From positions 64,001 to 128,000 of the forward strand of contig CAWDML010000012.1 in NCBI GenBank assembly GCA_963803435.1: a DNA stretch of 64,000 bases, given 5' to 3'. Source of the stretch: an uncultured delta proteobacterium. Its GTDB lineage: Bacteria; Myxococcota; Kuafuiibacteriia; Kuafuiibacteriales; Kuafuiibacteriaceae. The notes under the pieces are model-generated. The model searched no databases. It was not told the origin of the DNA and saw nothing but the letters and a program-made list of their open reading frames with translations. The position numbers and the translations under genes are program-made. Below are positions 1 through 10,470 of this stretch, one piece after another; positions within the stretch are counted from its first letter, which is position 1, and each line of letters starts with the position of its first letter.

Positions 1-2
1 GG

Positions 3-128
3 CGGGGCCGCGTGGTCGACCCCTTCCGCGTGCAGAAGGCGATCCGTCGCCGGCTTCCCCAGGGCAAGGTCGTGGAAGTCCGGGAAGCGCTCCAGCGTTT
101 TGGGACCTACAGGACGGGATCTTCTTGA
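3..128 (+). CDS. 3' end of an upstream gene (partial, function unknown)
   Basis: Frame 3 is open from the window start (RGRVVDPFRVQKAIRRRLPQGK...) to TGA 126-128, one base before the next ATG at 130. Confidence 0.55.
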   Translation, partial: RGRVVDPFRVQKAIRRRLPQGKVVEVREALQRFGTYRTGSS

Positions 129-129
129 G

Positions 130-2580
130 ATGGTAGCGGCGGGGCAGGATCTACTGATCGTATCGGCCGGCTCGAAGGAGGCGGCGATCATCGACGAGGA
201 GCTCAGCCTCCTCGCGAAAGTCCAGCGACAGCTGGCGGAGGACTCGCTCAACCGGATGCCGCAGACCGAGTACGACCGGGAGCTCCTGGCGCTCCGGGAC
301 CAGATCGCGGAGGCGCACGTCGAGGACATGGCGCCGCTGATCGCGGAGATGTACCGGATGCAGGCGCTCGGGGCGGCGAACGGCAAGGGGCAGAGCCTTC
401 CGGTGGACGTGAAGTGTCCGTACTTCGGTCACCTCAAGCTGAAGGACGGCCCGAAGGTGCGCGACGTCCTGATCGGGAACCGCGGCTTCGTAAAGCCCGG
501 GTCGCAGCCCATCGTGGACTGGCGCAACGCGCCGGTGTCGCGGATCTACTACTGCTACGACGAGGGCGACGACTACGACGAGAACTTCGGCGGCCGTCCG
601 GTCCAGGGCACCGTCGAGGCCCGGCGCACCGTCGGGATCGTCAACGGCGAGCTCCGGCGGGTCACCTGGTCGACGGGCGCGGTGGCGCGCCGCGGCGACG
701 GCAAGTGGGTGCTCATCCCGGTCGACGCGCGGCCCACGCTCCAGGGCGGCGCCGGTGTAGCGGTACGCCCGCCACCGCTGGGCGAGGCCCCGCACAAGTT
801 TGCGCCGGGCAACCTGGGCGTGGTGGGCGACGAGTCGCTGCGCGACGACAAGCACCTGCGCGAGATCACTGCGCTGATCGATCCGAAGCAGTTCGATCTG
901 ATCACGCAGCCGGACAGCGGCATCGTGATCCTCCAGGGCGGCGCCGGGAGCGGCAAGACCACCGTCGCGCTCCATCGTGCGGCCTATCTGCACTACGCGA
1001 ACCCGTCGGTCTTCACGCCGAAGAAGATGGCGGTGGTGGTGAAGAGCGAGCCGCTGACCGAGTACATCGCGCGCGTGCTGCCGTCGCTGGACGTCTCCGG
1101 CACGCCGGTGGTGACGCTCAAGGAGTGGATGCACCGGACGCGGAAGAAGGTGCTGCCCGAGGTGAAGCGAAAGTACACCTCGGACGTTCCGGCAGCAGTG
1201 TCGCGGCTCAAGAAGCACCCGGCGGTGCTCAAGATGCTGGAGCTGGGCGTCGAGCGCGACGCGGACGAGATCCTGACGGCGATGATGGAGCGGACGCCGA
1301 ACGAGCAGACGGCCAAGGCGGTGCGAAACCGCTGGAAGCAGCTGGCGCGGCTGGCGCTCCTGCCCCGGCTCCGCGAGATGTCGAAGTGGCTCGAGGGGCC
1401 GCAGGCGGAGCGCCACGGCCTCGACGCCAAGGCCGTCGCGGCGGTGCAGGGCGTCCTGCGGCGGACGCGCTCGGCCCACGACGATCTCCTGGATGCCTGG
1501 GCGGCGATGCTCACCGACGAGCCGCTGCTCCGCACGGCGTTCGAGAGGCACGCCAAGGATCCGCCGACCGAGGAGGAGCTGGCGGAGCTGATCCGCTGGG
1601 TCAGCGCCCAGGCGGAGGAGGAGCCCGAGAAGGACGAGGAGGACGAGGAGCCCGAGCCTTCCAGCAGCGATCCGGACACGGAGTCCGAGCCCATCGAGTC
1701 GCGCGGCGACGATGATCCCGGCGATCATCGGATGGGCGTGGACGGCCGGGCGCTCGAAGAGGACTCGCCGGTGGGCAAGCTCGACGAGCACGACGACGCG
1801 CTTCTGCTCAAGCTCACGCAGCTGAAGTACGGCGGGCTCCCGATCGCAGGGAGCCAGCGGACCGTCAGCTACGAGCACATCGTGGTGGACGAGGCCCAGG
1901 ACCTCTCACCGACGGACATCGCCGTGCTCCGCGGCGCGCTGACGAAGCGAGAGAGCATGACGCTGGCGGGCGACACGGCTCAGAAGTTGATCTTCGACAA
2001 CGGCTTCGAGGACTGGGAGACAATGCTTCGCGACGTCGGCGTCGAGGGCGTGAAGATCGATCAGCTCAAGATCAGCTATCGATCGACCAAGCCGATCGTC
2101 GACTTTTCGCGGCACGTCCTGGGGCCGCTCGCGGATCCGACGGAGCCGATCGTCCCGCGCACCGGCGCGCCGGTGGAGCAGTTCCTCTTCGGATCGACCG
2201 GCGAGGCGATCGCGTTCTTGGGCGAATCGTTGCGCTCGCTGGTGGTGCGGGAGAAGAAGGCGAACGTGGCGATCGTGGCCCGCTTCGGCGCGCAGGCCGA
2301 CATCTACTACTCGGGGCTGAAGAAGGCCGAGGTCCCGGCGCTCCGGCGCATCTATGGCAAGGAGTTCAGCTTCCTCCCGGGCATCGACGTGGTCGATGTG
2401 GCCCAGATCAAGGGGCTCGAGTACGACTACATCATCCTGGCGGAGGTGAACGCGAATACCTTCCCGGAAGCGAAGGAAGCGCGGCATCTCCTCCACATCG
2501 CCGCCACCCGCGCCGTGCATCAGCTCTGGGTGACCTCGGTGGGCGATCCGTCGCCGCTCCTGCCTCCCCAGGCGTTCTAG
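130..2580 (+). CDS. HelD/UvrD-like SF1 ATPase (RNA polymerase recycling factor HelD-like)
   Basis: N-terminal PYFGHL and [10 protein letters not shown] motifs, Walker [26 protein letters not shown] and ATRA motifs. ATG 130 follows the upstream stop. Confidence 0.8.
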   Translation: MVAAGQDLLIVSAGSKEAAIIDEELSLLAKVQRQLAEDSLNRMPQTEYDRELLALRDQIAEAHVEDMAPLIAEMYRMQALGAANGKGQSLPVDVKCPYFGHLKLKDGPKVRDVLIGNRGFVKPGSQPIVDWRNAPVSRIYYCYDEGDDYDENFGGRPVQGTVEARRTVGIVNGELRRVTWSTGAVARRGDGKWVLIPVDARPTLQGGAGVAVRPPPLGEAPHKFAPGNLGVVGDESLRDDKHLREITALIDPKQFDLITQPDSGIVILQGGAGSGKTTVALHRAAYLHYANPSVFTPKKMAVVVKSEPLTEYIARVLPSLDVSGTPVVTLKEWMHRTRKKVLPEVKRKYTSDVPAAVSRLKKHPAVLKMLELGVERDADEILTAMMERTPNEQTAKAVRNRWKQLARLALLPRLREMSKWLEGPQAERHGLDAKAVAAVQGVLRRTRSAHDDLLDAWAAMLTDEPLLRTAFERHAKDPPTEEELAELIRWVSAQAEEEPEKDEEDEEPEPSSSDPDTESEPIESRGDDDPGDHRMGVDGRALEEDSPVGKLDEHDDALLLKLTQLKYGGLPIAGSQRTVSYEHIVVDEAQDLSPTDIAVLRGALTKRESMTLAGDTAQKLIFDNGFEDWETMLRDVGVEGVKIDQLKISYRSTKPIVDFSRHVLGPLADPTEPIVPRTGAPVEQFLFGSTGEAIAFLGESLRSLVVREKKANVAIVARFGAQADIYYSGLKKAEVPALRRIYGKEFSFLPGIDVVDVAQIKGLEYDYIILAEVNANTFPEAKEARHLLHIAATRAVHQLWVTSVGDPSPLLPPQAF

Positions 2581-2617
2581 GTTGACTCGGCTCGGCTTTA
2601 GACGTTTCACCAAGCGC

Positions 2618-3436
2618 GTGAGCCTAGTCCCGATTGCCATCGTCTTCGTCTTTCTGGCGCTGTTCATCATGAGCGGTGTCCGCGTGATCAAGGAGTATGA
2701 GCGAGGGGTCATCCTCCGTCTCGGTAGCTTCACCGGGACGCCCCGCGGGCCGGGGCTCAACTGGATCATCCCGATCCTCGACCGCATGTTCGTCGTCGAC
2801 ATGCGCGTCATCGCGCGGGACGTGCCGCCCCAGGACGTGATCACCCGGGACAACGTCTCGGTGAAGGTGAACGCGGTGATCTACTTCCGGGTGGTGCACC
2901 CGGACAAGGCGGTGCTGAACGTCGAGAATTATCTCTACGCCACCAGCCAGTACGCGCAGACCACGCTCCGGGCGATCCTCGGTCAGGTCGACCTCGACGA
3001 CCTCCTGTCCGAGCGCGAGCGGATCAACCAAGAGCTGCAGGAGGTGATCGACCGCCACACCGACCCGTGGGGCGTGAAGGTGACCAGCGTCGAGGTCAAG
3101 CACGTCGACCTGCCGCCGGACATGCAGCGCGCCATGGCCAAGCAGGCCGAGGCCGAGCGTGAACGACGCGCCAAGATCATCGCCGCCGAAGGCGAGCTGC
3201 AGGCCTCGCAGCACCTCTCGGAGGCCGCCGTGAAGCTGGCGACGGCGCCGGGTGCGATGACCCTGCGCTATCTCCAGACGCTCCGGGAGATCGCGGTGGA
3301 GAACAGCTCGACGACGGTCTTCCCCATCCCGATCGACCTGCTGCGCGGTCTGGAGAGCCTGGCCAACCTGCCGAGGTTCCTCCAGGCGCGCGGCGACGAA
3401 ACCACCGCCGCGTCGCCGCCGGCCAAAGACGTGTGA
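2618..3436 (+). CDS. SPFH/stomatin-like (slipin) membrane protein
   Basis: N-terminal TM helix; [41 protein letters not shown] and LRYLQTL stomatin motifs. GTG 2618 is the preferred start (ORF opens at 2582). Confidence 0.92.
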   Translation: MSLVPIAIVFVFLALFIMSGVRVIKEYERGVILRLGSFTGTPRGPGLNWIIPILDRMFVVDMRVIARDVPPQDVITRDNVSVKVNAVIYFRVVHPDKAVLNVENYLYATSQYAQTTLRAILGQVDLDDLLSERERINQELQEVIDRHTDPWGVKVTSVEVKHVDLPPDMQRAMAKQAEAERERRAKIIAAEGELQASQHLSEAAVKLATAPGAMTLRYLQTLREIAVENSSTTVFPIPIDLLRGLESLANLPRFLQARGDETTAASPPAKDV

Positions 3437-4563
3437 CTCGCCCCTATCCCCATCCCTCGCGGGAAGGCACGCCCTTCGCCCGGATCACCGACGCCGAGTT
3501 CGGGTCCTGGGCGTGGCAGGTCAAGCACCGCATCGACGACGCGGCCACCCTGGGCGCGATCCTGACCCTCAGCCAGGAGGAGCGGCTCGGCCTGGAGCGC
3601 ACCCGCGGCGTCTTTCGCTTCGGCGTCACGCCGTACTACGCGCTGCTGGCCGACCGCACCGATCCGGCCTGCCCCATCCGGCGTCAGCTCGTGCCGCGGA
3701 TCGAGGAGGCGGAATACCGGCGCGACGAGCTCGCCGACCCGCTCGGCGAGGAGCCGCGGGAGGTCGTGCCGAACCTGATCCACCGCTATCCCGACCGCGC
3801 GCTGCTGCTCTCGACCGATCGCTGTCCCGTCTACTGCCGCTTCTGTACCCGCAGGCGCATCGTCGGCCGCCTCGAGCGCCAGGCGACGCGCAGCCTCCTC
3901 GAGGAGGCGTTCGAGTACGTCCGGAACACGCCCTCGATCCGGGAGGTGATCGTCTCGGGCGGCGACGCCCTCATGCTCGGCGACCAGCAGCTCGAGCACA
4001 TCCTGAGCGAGCTGCGGAGAGCACCGCACGTCGACATCATCCGCATCGCGACGCGCATGCCGGTGACGTGTCCGATGCGGGTCACAGACGCGCTCGTCAC
4101 GGTGCTCGCGCGCCACCAGCCGGTGTTCGTGATGACGCACTTCAATCACCCGCTCGAGCACACGGAAGACGCGCAGGCGGCGTGCGCGCGGATGGTCGAC
4201 GCGGGGCTTCCCGTCTACAACCAGTCGGTCCTGCTCAAGGGTGTAAACGACAACGTCGAAGTGATCCGCGAGCTGAACCGCCGTCTCGTGTTCATGCGGG
4301 TGACGCCCTACTACCTGCATCAGTGCGACCTGGCCCAGGGTATCGAGCACTTTCGCACCCCGCTCGAGGTCGGCGTCTCGATCATCGACGGGCTCCGCGG
4401 TCACGTGAGCGGCCTGATGGTGCCGCAGCTCTGCGTGGACGTGCCGGGCGGGCTGGGGAAGGTGACCGTGGTGCCGGAGTGGATCGTGAAGCGTGAGGGA
4501 CGATCCACGACGTTCCGCACGTATTCGGGTCAAACCGCGGAGTATCTCGATCCGATCGATTGA
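3433..4563 (+). CDS. KamA-family radical SAM protein (lysine 2,3-aminomutase-like)
   Basis: [14 protein letters not shown] (CxxxCxxC), [31 protein letters not shown] and PGGLGK (PLP lysine). Confidence 0.9.
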   Translation: MTRPYPHPSREGTPFARITDAEFGSWAWQVKHRIDDAATLGAILTLSQEERLGLERTRGVFRFGVTPYYALLADRTDPACPIRRQLVPRIEEAEYRRDELADPLGEEPREVVPNLIHRYPDRALLLSTDRCPVYCRFCTRRRIVGRLERQATRSLLEEAFEYVRNTPSIREVIVSGGDALMLGDQQLEHILSELRRAPHVDIIRIATRMPVTCPMRVTDALVTVLARHQPVFVMTHFNHPLEHTEDAQAACARMVDAGLPVYNQSVLLKGVNDNVEVIRELNRRLVFMRVTPYYLHQCDLAQGIEHFRTPLEVGVSIIDGLRGHVSGLMVPQLCVDVPGGLGKVTVVPEWIVKREGRSTTFRTYSGQTAEYLDPID

Positions 4564-4565
4564 CA
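4560..4565 (+). promoter_or_regulatory. Possible sigma70 -35 element for the HU gene
   Basis: A perfect TTGACA overlaps the kamA stop. The -10 match is weak (TAGAGA at 15-nt spacing). Confidence 0.3.
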
Positions 4566-4596
4566 GGAATCCTCAGCCGATAGAGAGGCGATTCGA

Positions 4597-4878
4597 ATGA
4601 CGAAGCAAGAGCTCATCGAGAGGCTACAAAAGGGAGCCGGGAAGAACCTTTCGAAGAAAGCGCTCTGCGACATCGTCGACGAGGTGTTCGCGTTGATCTC
4701 GAAGTCGGTCAAGAAGGACAAGCGCTTCGTCTATCCCGGCTTCGGGACGTTCATGCTCAAGAAGCGGGCCGCGCGCATCGGCCGCAACCCCCGCACCAAC
4801 ACCGAGGTCCGGATCCCGGTGACCCGAACGATCACGTTCAAGCCGGCCCCGAACCTGAAGAGCTCGCTGCAGAGCTGA
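4597..4878 (+). CDS. HU-family DNA-binding protein
   Basis: MTKQELI..., GFGTF, RAARIGRNPRT and FKPAPNLK; GAGAGG RBS. Confidence 0.93.
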   Translation: MTKQELIERLQKGAGKNLSKKALCDIVDEVFALISKSVKKDKRFVYPGFGTFMLKKRAARIGRNPRTNTEVRIPVTRTITFKPAPNLKSSLQS

Positions 4879-4926
4879 TCGCCGAAGGCTCGAAACGAAG
4901 AACAAACCAGGGCTTCGCTCCGCTTC

Positions 4927-4951
4927 CTCAACCTCTCGGAGGGATCGTTGA
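4927..4951. terminator. Stem-loop between convergent HU and kinase genes
   Basis: CTCAAC...GTTGAG outer stem with a CCTC-TCG-GAGG inner stem; no clean U-tract. Confidence 0.3.
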
Positions 4952-4964
4952 GCGAGACCGACGA

Positions 4965-6260
4965 CTATCTGCTCCTTTGTCGCAAAGACCTCGGCTCGCC
5001 GGACTTCGAGCCGAGGAGCGGCGCGGTCTTCTTCTTACTCTTCGTCTTCTCCGGGACCGCGCTCTGCTCGAGCGCGAACGCCGCGTCCCTCTTCATCCGC
5101 TCGGCCAGCGCCTGGATCGAGGCCGGCGGGACGTACGGCGGTGGCACTGCGACGCGCTGCTCTTGCGGCGGCGGGACCTTCGGGAGGGCCGGCGCGGGCG
5201 AGACCCGATCGTGCGCGACCCAGGCGCCCCCGCCGAGGAGCAGCGCCGCCGAGACCGCTGAAACCGCCCACGCGAGCGGGCGGCGCCGGTTGGCCAGCGC
5301 CGACTCGAGCTTGTCGGCGAAGGCCAGCACGGTCGCTGGGCGATGGGAGGGATCGCGGCGCAGGGCAGCCAGCACGGCGCGATCGGCGGCCCGACCCACG
5401 CGCGCCAGCTCGCTGGGCGGCTCGAACGCGCCGATCGGGAGGCGTCCGGTGAGCAGCTCGTAGGCGACCACGCCGAGCGCGTAGACGTCGGCGCGATGAT
5501 CGATCTCGGACGCGTCGATCCGCTGCTCCGGGGACATGTAGTTGATGGTTCCCAGCACCAGGCTCGAGCTGGTGAGACTGGTCAGCGTGTAGTTGGAGCT
5601 GGCGAGCTGCGCGACGCCGAAGTCGACGACCTTCACGCGGCCGTCCTTCGCCGGGTCGCCCTGGACGAGGATGTTCGCCGGCTTCACGTCGCGGTGCACG
5701 ATCCCATTGGCGTGCGCGTAGGAGAGTCCGGCGGCGGCCTGCTTGACGATCGCGGCGGCGGTGGCCGGTGCGACGGCGCCGCGCGCCATCAGGCTGCGCA
5801 GGTCCTCGCCGAAGAACCGCTCCATCACGAAGTAGTAGTGCGCGTCTCGGTCGGCAGGATGCTCGCCGCGCGCATAGACCTCGATCAGGTTCGCGTGGTG
5901 GAGCTTGGTGAGCGCGTCGGCTTCGCGCCGGAAGCGCTCGACGAACTGCGAGTCGTGGGTGAACGCGGGCGAGAGGACCTTGACGGCGGCGATCTCGGGC
6001 CCCGCGAAGGCGGCCGTCTCGGTTCGCTCCGCCTCGTAGACGGTGCCCATGCCGCCGCCGCCGAGGATCGCGCGCAGCCGGTAGCCACCGAGCTCGACGC
6101 CGAGGAGCGCGGCGGGATCCGAGGTGGCACCGGCGTTGGCTCCCGGCCGGGTCTCCATCGCGGTGAGCGTGGCGCGCGCGCCGCACTCGGGGCAGCCGAC
6201 CTCGAGCGAGCCGGCCGGCACCTCGAATCCATGGCCACACGCGTTACAAAGGATCTTCAA
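4965..6260 (-). CDS. Ser/Thr protein kinase with N-terminal zinc ribbon and C-terminal TM helix
   Basis: CNAC...CPEC; LGGGGMGTVY, AVKVL, HRDVKPAN, DFG, YMSPEQ. TTG 6260 is the inferred start (ORF opens at 6335). Confidence 0.9.
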   Translation of the reverse strand: MKILCNACGHGFEVPAGSLEVGCPECGARATLTAMETRPGANAGATSDPAALLGVELGGYRLRAILGGGGMGTVYEAERTETAAFAGPEIAAVKVLSPAFTHDSQFVERFRREADALTKLHHANLIEVYARGEHPADRDAHYYFVMERFFGEDLRSLMARGAVAPATAAAIVKQAAAGLSYAHANGIVHRDVKPANILVQGDPAKDGRVKVVDFGVAQLASSNYTLTSLTSSSLVLGTINYMSPEQRIDASEIDHRADVYALGVVAYELLTGRLPIGAFEPPSELARVGRAADRAVLAALRRDPSHRPATVLAFADKLESALANRRRPLAWAVSAVSAALLLGGGAWVAHDRVSPAPALPKVPPPQEQRVAVPPPYVPPASIQALAERMKRDAAFALEQSAVPEKTKSKKKTAPLLGSKSGEPRSLRQRSR

Positions 6261-6398
6261 GCTCGTGGAGATGATCTCACGGGTTGCGCGCAGATCGGAA
6301 GAGCCGTGGACTCTCGTTCGAGCGTGGCACGTCATCCTAACCGTTGAGGGCGAGTGCGCGCGAACATGCGCGGATCGTCCCTCTCCTATACTCGACGC

Positions 6399-7556
6399 GT
6401 GTCACGAGGACTGCTGCGCCTGGCGGCGCTCACGTTGATCGCCGGTTGTCACGAAGACCTGACGCTGGTCGACGAAGAGGTGCCCGCCGCGGATGCCGCT
6501 GTCGTCGTCCTCGACGCGGCGGAGACGATGCTCGACGCAGCCGCGCCCAAGGACGCGGGCCCGGCCCTCCCGGACGCGGCGATCGACGAGGACGGCGGGA
6601 CGCTCGGGGATGGCGGCGCCGCGCCCGACGCCGGCGATGATCCCGACCCCGGCAACAGCTGCGTTTGGGACGGCGACCCCTTCGACCCGGCGGCGCTCGA
6701 GGCCGAGGTGACCTACCTGGCTTCGGACCAGCTCGAGGGCCGCGCCCCCGAGACTCCCGGAGACATCGCTGCGCGCACGCAGATCGAGGACCGATTCCGC
6801 TGCCTCGGCCTCACGTCGGCCCAGCCCGACGGGACCTACCAGCAGCCCTTCGTCACCTCCGACGGTCGAAACACCGCGAACGTGGTCGCCTACGTGCCGG
6901 GGAGCGATCCGGCCGTGGCCGACGACCTCCTGGTCGTGGGCGCCCATCACGATCACCTCGGTGTGCGGCGCGGCCAGATCTACAACGGCGCCAACGACAA
7001 CGCCTCGGGCGTGGCCGCCGTCCTCGCCGTGGCGCAGGCGCTCCGCCAGCGCGCCGTTCCGCTCCGCCGGACGGTCGTGTTCATCACCTTCGGCTTCGAG
7101 GAGCACGTCGGGGAGTGCGAGGGCTCGAAGTATTACGTCGCCCACGCTCCGGCGGCGCTCCCGATCGATCGCGTCGTCTACATGATCAACCTCGATATGG
7201 TGGGCACGTATCAATACCACGACCTCTCGGCCTACGGCGCCTACGCTGGAACGCCCGGGCGCACCACGCTGGAGTCCCTGCTCGTGTCTCATCCCGAGCT
7301 GACCTTCGATCTCGACGCGGAGGCCGACGTGGACGACTCCGACTTCCAGGCGTTCTGCAACCAGGGCGTCCCGTACGTGTACTTCGAGACCTGGGACGAC
7401 GATTGCTACCACTCCGCATGTGACGACGCCGGGCGGCTCGACTATGGACACATGGCGGAGATCGCGGACCTGGCGACCGAGCTAATCGTCGCGCTCGCCG
7501 ACGGGACCACCGATCTCGCGGCAGCGCGGGCGCAGATCGGATGCCTCGGACCCTGA
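6399..7556 (+). CDS. M28-family metallopeptidase lipoprotein
   Basis: Lipobox LIAGC; GAHHDH, GANDNASG, FEE, INLDMVG, SD and YH motifs. GTG 6399 lies 6 nt after TATACT. Confidence 0.88.
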   Translation: MSRGLLRLAALTLIAGCHEDLTLVDEEVPAADAAVVVLDAAETMLDAAAPKDAGPALPDAAIDEDGGTLGDGGAAPDAGDDPDPGNSCVWDGDPFDPAALEAEVTYLASDQLEGRAPETPGDIAARTQIEDRFRCLGLTSAQPDGTYQQPFVTSDGRNTANVVAYVPGSDPAVADDLLVVGAHHDHLGVRRGQIYNGANDNASGVAAVLAVAQALRQRAVPLRRTVVFITFGFEEHVGECEGSKYYVAHAPAALPIDRVVYMINLDMVGTYQYHDLSAYGAYAGTPGRTTLESLLVSHPELTFDLDAEADVDDSDFQAFCNQGVPYVYFETWDDDCYHSACDDAGRLDYGHMAEIADLATELIVALADGTTDLAAARAQIGCLGP

Positions 7557-7569
7557 GAGCGCGTTCCTG

Positions 7570-7755
7570 GTGACCGCCGAAGAGTTCGCGCCTCTTCGAC
7601 CCACTGCTTCGATCTGGAAGCACGGCTTGATCGCCGTGGCCCTGACCGCGCTCGGTACGGCCGCGTGCTCACGTCCTTCGCCGGCGCCTCCGGAACCCGC
7701 GCAGGAGGCACGGACGATCCGCACACGCTCAACCTCTGTCGGGCGCTCAAGATAA
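7570..7755 (+). CDS. Possible small or truncated lipoprotein
   Basis: A hydrophobic stretch ends in a lipobox-like GTAAC, followed by a Pro-rich linker; the ORF fills the intergenic gap. Confidence 0.3.
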   Translation: MTAEEFAPLRPTASIWKHGLIAVALTALGTAACSRPSPAPPEPAQEARTIRTRSTSVGRSR

Positions 7756-7759
7756 CGGC

Positions 7760-8875
7760 TCAGCGCTTCGACGCAGCGATCCCACGCTCGCCGCTCTCGC
7801 GAACCCGAGACGAGGACGCGGCGGCAGCTCTCTCGAAGAGCGGTCGCGCGCGATCCGTCTCTCCGCGATCGAAGAGCAGCCAACCCAGCATCGCAGCGAC
7901 CTCTTCGACGCGCTCCGAGCGCGGGTAACGCTCGAGGAACGTCTCCATCGATCGGATCGCCGGGTCGGGCCGCGAAGCTCGGGCCAGCGAGACGCCCTCG
8001 AAGTAGGCGGCGTCCTCCCGGAGCACGGGATCATCGGTGCGCCTTTGGACCTCGGCAAACTCGGCCGCAGCCGCATCGAACCGACCCGCGCGCAGCGCCG
8101 TCCAGGCGCGCTCGTAGACGCGCGCATCTTCGGCCCCAACGGGGGGCGGCTCCGGCGGGGCCTTCTTGGGTACGAGGGCCACCGCCGGCGGCGGGGGCGG
8201 CTCGGGCGCGGGCGGGGCGGGGCGGTCCCAGCGGTCGCCGGGGCCGAGCAACGCGGCCAGCACGCCGTCCTTTCGCACCTCGACGCGGCCGCGCCGGACG
8301 TTGACCGCCTCGAGACGATCGCCTCGGGCGGTGACCTCGAACCTCGTGCCACGAACCTCGACCTCGCCGTCGCCGCTGACCACGCGAAACCGCTCACCAT
8401 CGTGGAGCGGTTCCACCGAGACTGCGATCGTCCCCTCGATCAACCGGACGATCTCGTCGGGCTGAGCTTCGAGCACGAAAAAGCGAGCAGTGTCGATCGC
8501 GGTGACCCGACCTCGGTGGATCGGAGCCGAGCGATCCTCGATCGTCGATCCGGGCTCCCTCCAGACTGCGGAAACGATCGAGACGGCGACGACGGCGACC
8601 GCGATCGCGATCGCGATCGGGAGCTCGCGACCAGAACGAGGCGGGACACCCAGCGGCGCCCGGGAGAGAAGCGCCGTGCGCAGCTCCTCGTGACGCTCGC
8701 GCGCTTCTGGCGGGAGCGACACCGCCCCCAGCTCGCGCGCGACCTTCGCCAGCGCCTCGATCTCGTCCCATTCGCCGGAGCAGCGCGCACACGACGAGAC
8801 GTGTGCCCTCACACGCGCATCCTCACTCCAGTAGCCGCGTTCGATCTCGTCGGGCCTCGGGCATCGCTCGCTCAT
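7760..8875 (-). CDS. Anti-sigma factor: zinc finger + TM + FecR domain + TPR
   Basis: HVSSCARC (HxxxCxxC), TM helix, FecR-like VEVRGTRFEV...VRRGRVEV, and a C-terminal TPR-like helix (FLERYPRS). Overlaps the sigma gene stop. Confidence 0.85.
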   Translation of the reverse strand: MSERCPRPDEIERGYWSEDARVRAHVSSCARCSGEWDEIEALAKVARELGAVSLPPEARERHEELRTALLSRAPLGVPPRSGRELPIAIAIAVAVVAVSIVSAVWREPGSTIEDRSAPIHRGRVTAIDTARFFVLEAQPDEIVRLIEGTIAVSVEPLHDGERFRVVSGDGEVEVRGTRFEVTARGDRLEAVNVRRGRVEVRKDGVLAALLGPGDRWDRPAPPAPEPPPPPAVALVPKKAPPEPPPVGAEDARVYERAWTALRAGRFDAAAAEFAEVQRRTDDPVLREDAAYFEGVSLARASRPDPAIRSMETFLERYPRSERVEEVAAMLGWLLFDRGETDRARPLFERAAAASSSRVRESGERGIAASKR

Positions 8876-9459
8876 CGGAGACCCTCCAGCAAGGGTCGCA
8901 GCCGCTTGCGGGCTATGTGGAGGCGCTTCCAGATCGTCCCTTCGCGAACGCCGAGCGCTTGCGCGGCTTCCGGGCCGGACATGTCGAGCAGGTAGACCAG
9001 CACGAACACCTCGCGAAGCTTGGGCGGAAGCCGCCCGATCTCGGCGTCGATCTTCTCGCGTCGCTCACGGCGCGCGACCTCCTCGTCGAGCACCGGAGCG
9101 CTGGGCGACGGCTGCGCGAGGAGCGCGACGGCGATCTTTCTCTGCCTGGCGAGCACCCGCAGGTGTCGGCGTACCACGTTCCGCGCGACGCCCAGGATCC
9201 AAGTCCGGACCTGGGAGCCCGCACGAAACCGAGCGGCGATCGCGGGCAGGAGCTCGAACGTGGCCTGGAGCAGGTCGTCCGCGTCCACCACGCTCCCCCC
9301 GAGCATGCGAGCGATGAAGAGACTGACCGCGCGGTGGTGACGATCGAACAGCGCCCCGAGCGCGGCCGACTCGCCGAGCGCGCAGGCGGCGACGAGCGCC
9401 TCGTCCGACATCTCTTCGGTCGAGCCCTCGAGCCTGCGGAACGGGAGGAGCTTCGCCAT
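8872..9459 (-). CDS. ECF RNA polymerase sigma factor
   Basis: SDEALV, DADDLLQATF, TWILGVARN, LPPKLREVFVL and GVREGTIWKRLHIARKRL. Start overlaps the upstream stop (TGATG). Confidence 0.92.
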   Translation of the reverse strand: MAKLLPFRRLEGSTEEMSDEALVAACALGESAALGALFDRHHRAVSLFIARMLGGSVVDADDLLQATFELLPAIAARFRAGSQVRTWILGVARNVVRRHLRVLARQRKIAVALLAQPSPSAPVLDEEVARRERREKIDAEIGRLPPKLREVFVLVYLLDMSGPEAAQALGVREGTIWKRLHIARKRLRPLLEGLR

Positions 9460-10394
9460 CAGAACCCTCCGAGCTCCAGGGCCAGCACCAGCCATCCGAT
9501 CAGGTGGGGCTCGGCCGCGAGCGGGATGTCGTTGGGGCCGTCTTCCGTCAGACCTTCGAACACCCGCTGTTGCGCGAAGGGTGAGTAGTCTATCTCCACG
9601 TCTAGGCGCAGCGCCCAGCTCGCCGAGAGCGGGAGGCGAGCGCCGAGCTGCGCGCGAACGCGGAGCCCTCCGGTATCGTCGGTGATCCGGTGGCCGTCGA
9701 AGGTGCGCTCGAGATAGGAGAGGCCGAGCCCCAGGCCTGCACCCAGCACGAACGTGAACGGTCCGACACGATCGATCGAGACATCGGCGAACGCAGTGAG
9801 GTCGAAGATCTGTCGGTCCGTCTCGAGGTCCTTCGAGTCTCCCCCTGCCCCGCGGTCGAAGCCGTAGCGAAAGCGTCCGCCGACGCAGACCAGGGACACG
9901 CGGACGCAGCCGCTCAGATCGAGCCCTCCCCAGATCGAGCCGTCGTTTGCCACCCCGGCGGCCGAGCCCAGACCGAGCGCGAACGATCTGCCCTCGGCGG
10001 GCTTGCTCGCGAGCTCGGCGCTCGACGCGCGGTCCGGCGCCTCAGGCACGAACGGTCTCTTCGGCGGGAGCGCGCCGGCGAGGAGGGGCTCGGTCAGATC
10101 GCGTCGCACCCATGACTCCACGATCGTCGCAGCCTGCGCCTCATCCTCGGCGATCCGCCGCCCGCCCGGGCGATCGACCCGAATCCCTCGGCCGATCACG
10201 GCCAAGTGGATCCTCAGCGGCTCACAGCCGTTCGGCGGATCGTTCGGCGCCCCCACCGTGACCCCGCGCGCCTCCAGCAACCGCTCGACGGAGCGCACCA
10301 CCGTCCGATCTCCGTCGAGGGTCGCCTCGGAGGGGCAGGTCTCCGCGGCGACGAGCACGACGAACAGCCCGCCGAGCACAAGCGCGCCGATCAT
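9459..10394 (-). CDS. Exported hypothetical protein with probable C-terminal beta-barrel (ECF-associated)
   Basis: Signal peptide, Cys pair, Pro-rich linker, alternating-hydrophobic Gly-rich strands and a terminal Phe; first gene of the sigma operon. Confidence 0.7.
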   Translation of the reverse strand: MIGALVLGGLFVVLVAAETCPSEATLDGDRTVVRSVERLLEARGVTVGAPNDPPNGCEPLRIHLAVIGRGIRVDRPGGRRIAEDEAQAATIVESWVRRDLTEPLLAGALPPKRPFVPEAPDRASSAELASKPAEGRSFALGLGSAAGVANDGSIWGGLDLSGCVRVSLVCVGGRFRYGFDRGAGGDSKDLETDRQIFDLTAFADVSIDRVGPFTFVLGAGLGLGLSYLERTFDGHRITDDTGGLRVRAQLGARLPLSASWALRLDVEIDYSPFAQQRVFEGLTEDGPNDIPLAAEPHLIGWLVLALELGGF

Positions 10395-10428
10395 CGCCGC
10401 TCCACGCTCGTACGATGGCCCACCCGCA

Positions 10429-10458
10429 TGAGTGCCGGCAGCTGGGCGAAACCTTCCC
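10429..10458 (-). promoter_or_regulatory. ECF-type promoter copy 1 (GGGAAGG-N15-GGCACTCA), upstream of the sigma operon
   Basis: On the + strand, TGAGTGCC at 10429-10436 and CCTTCCC at 10452-10458; identical to the two other copies. Confidence 0.75.
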
Positions 10459-10470
10459 GCCCGCCTCCAC

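Noticed and set aside
6326-6345. Sigma54 promoter candidate (TGGCAC)
   Set aside because: There is no TTGC/GC -12 element at the required spacing.
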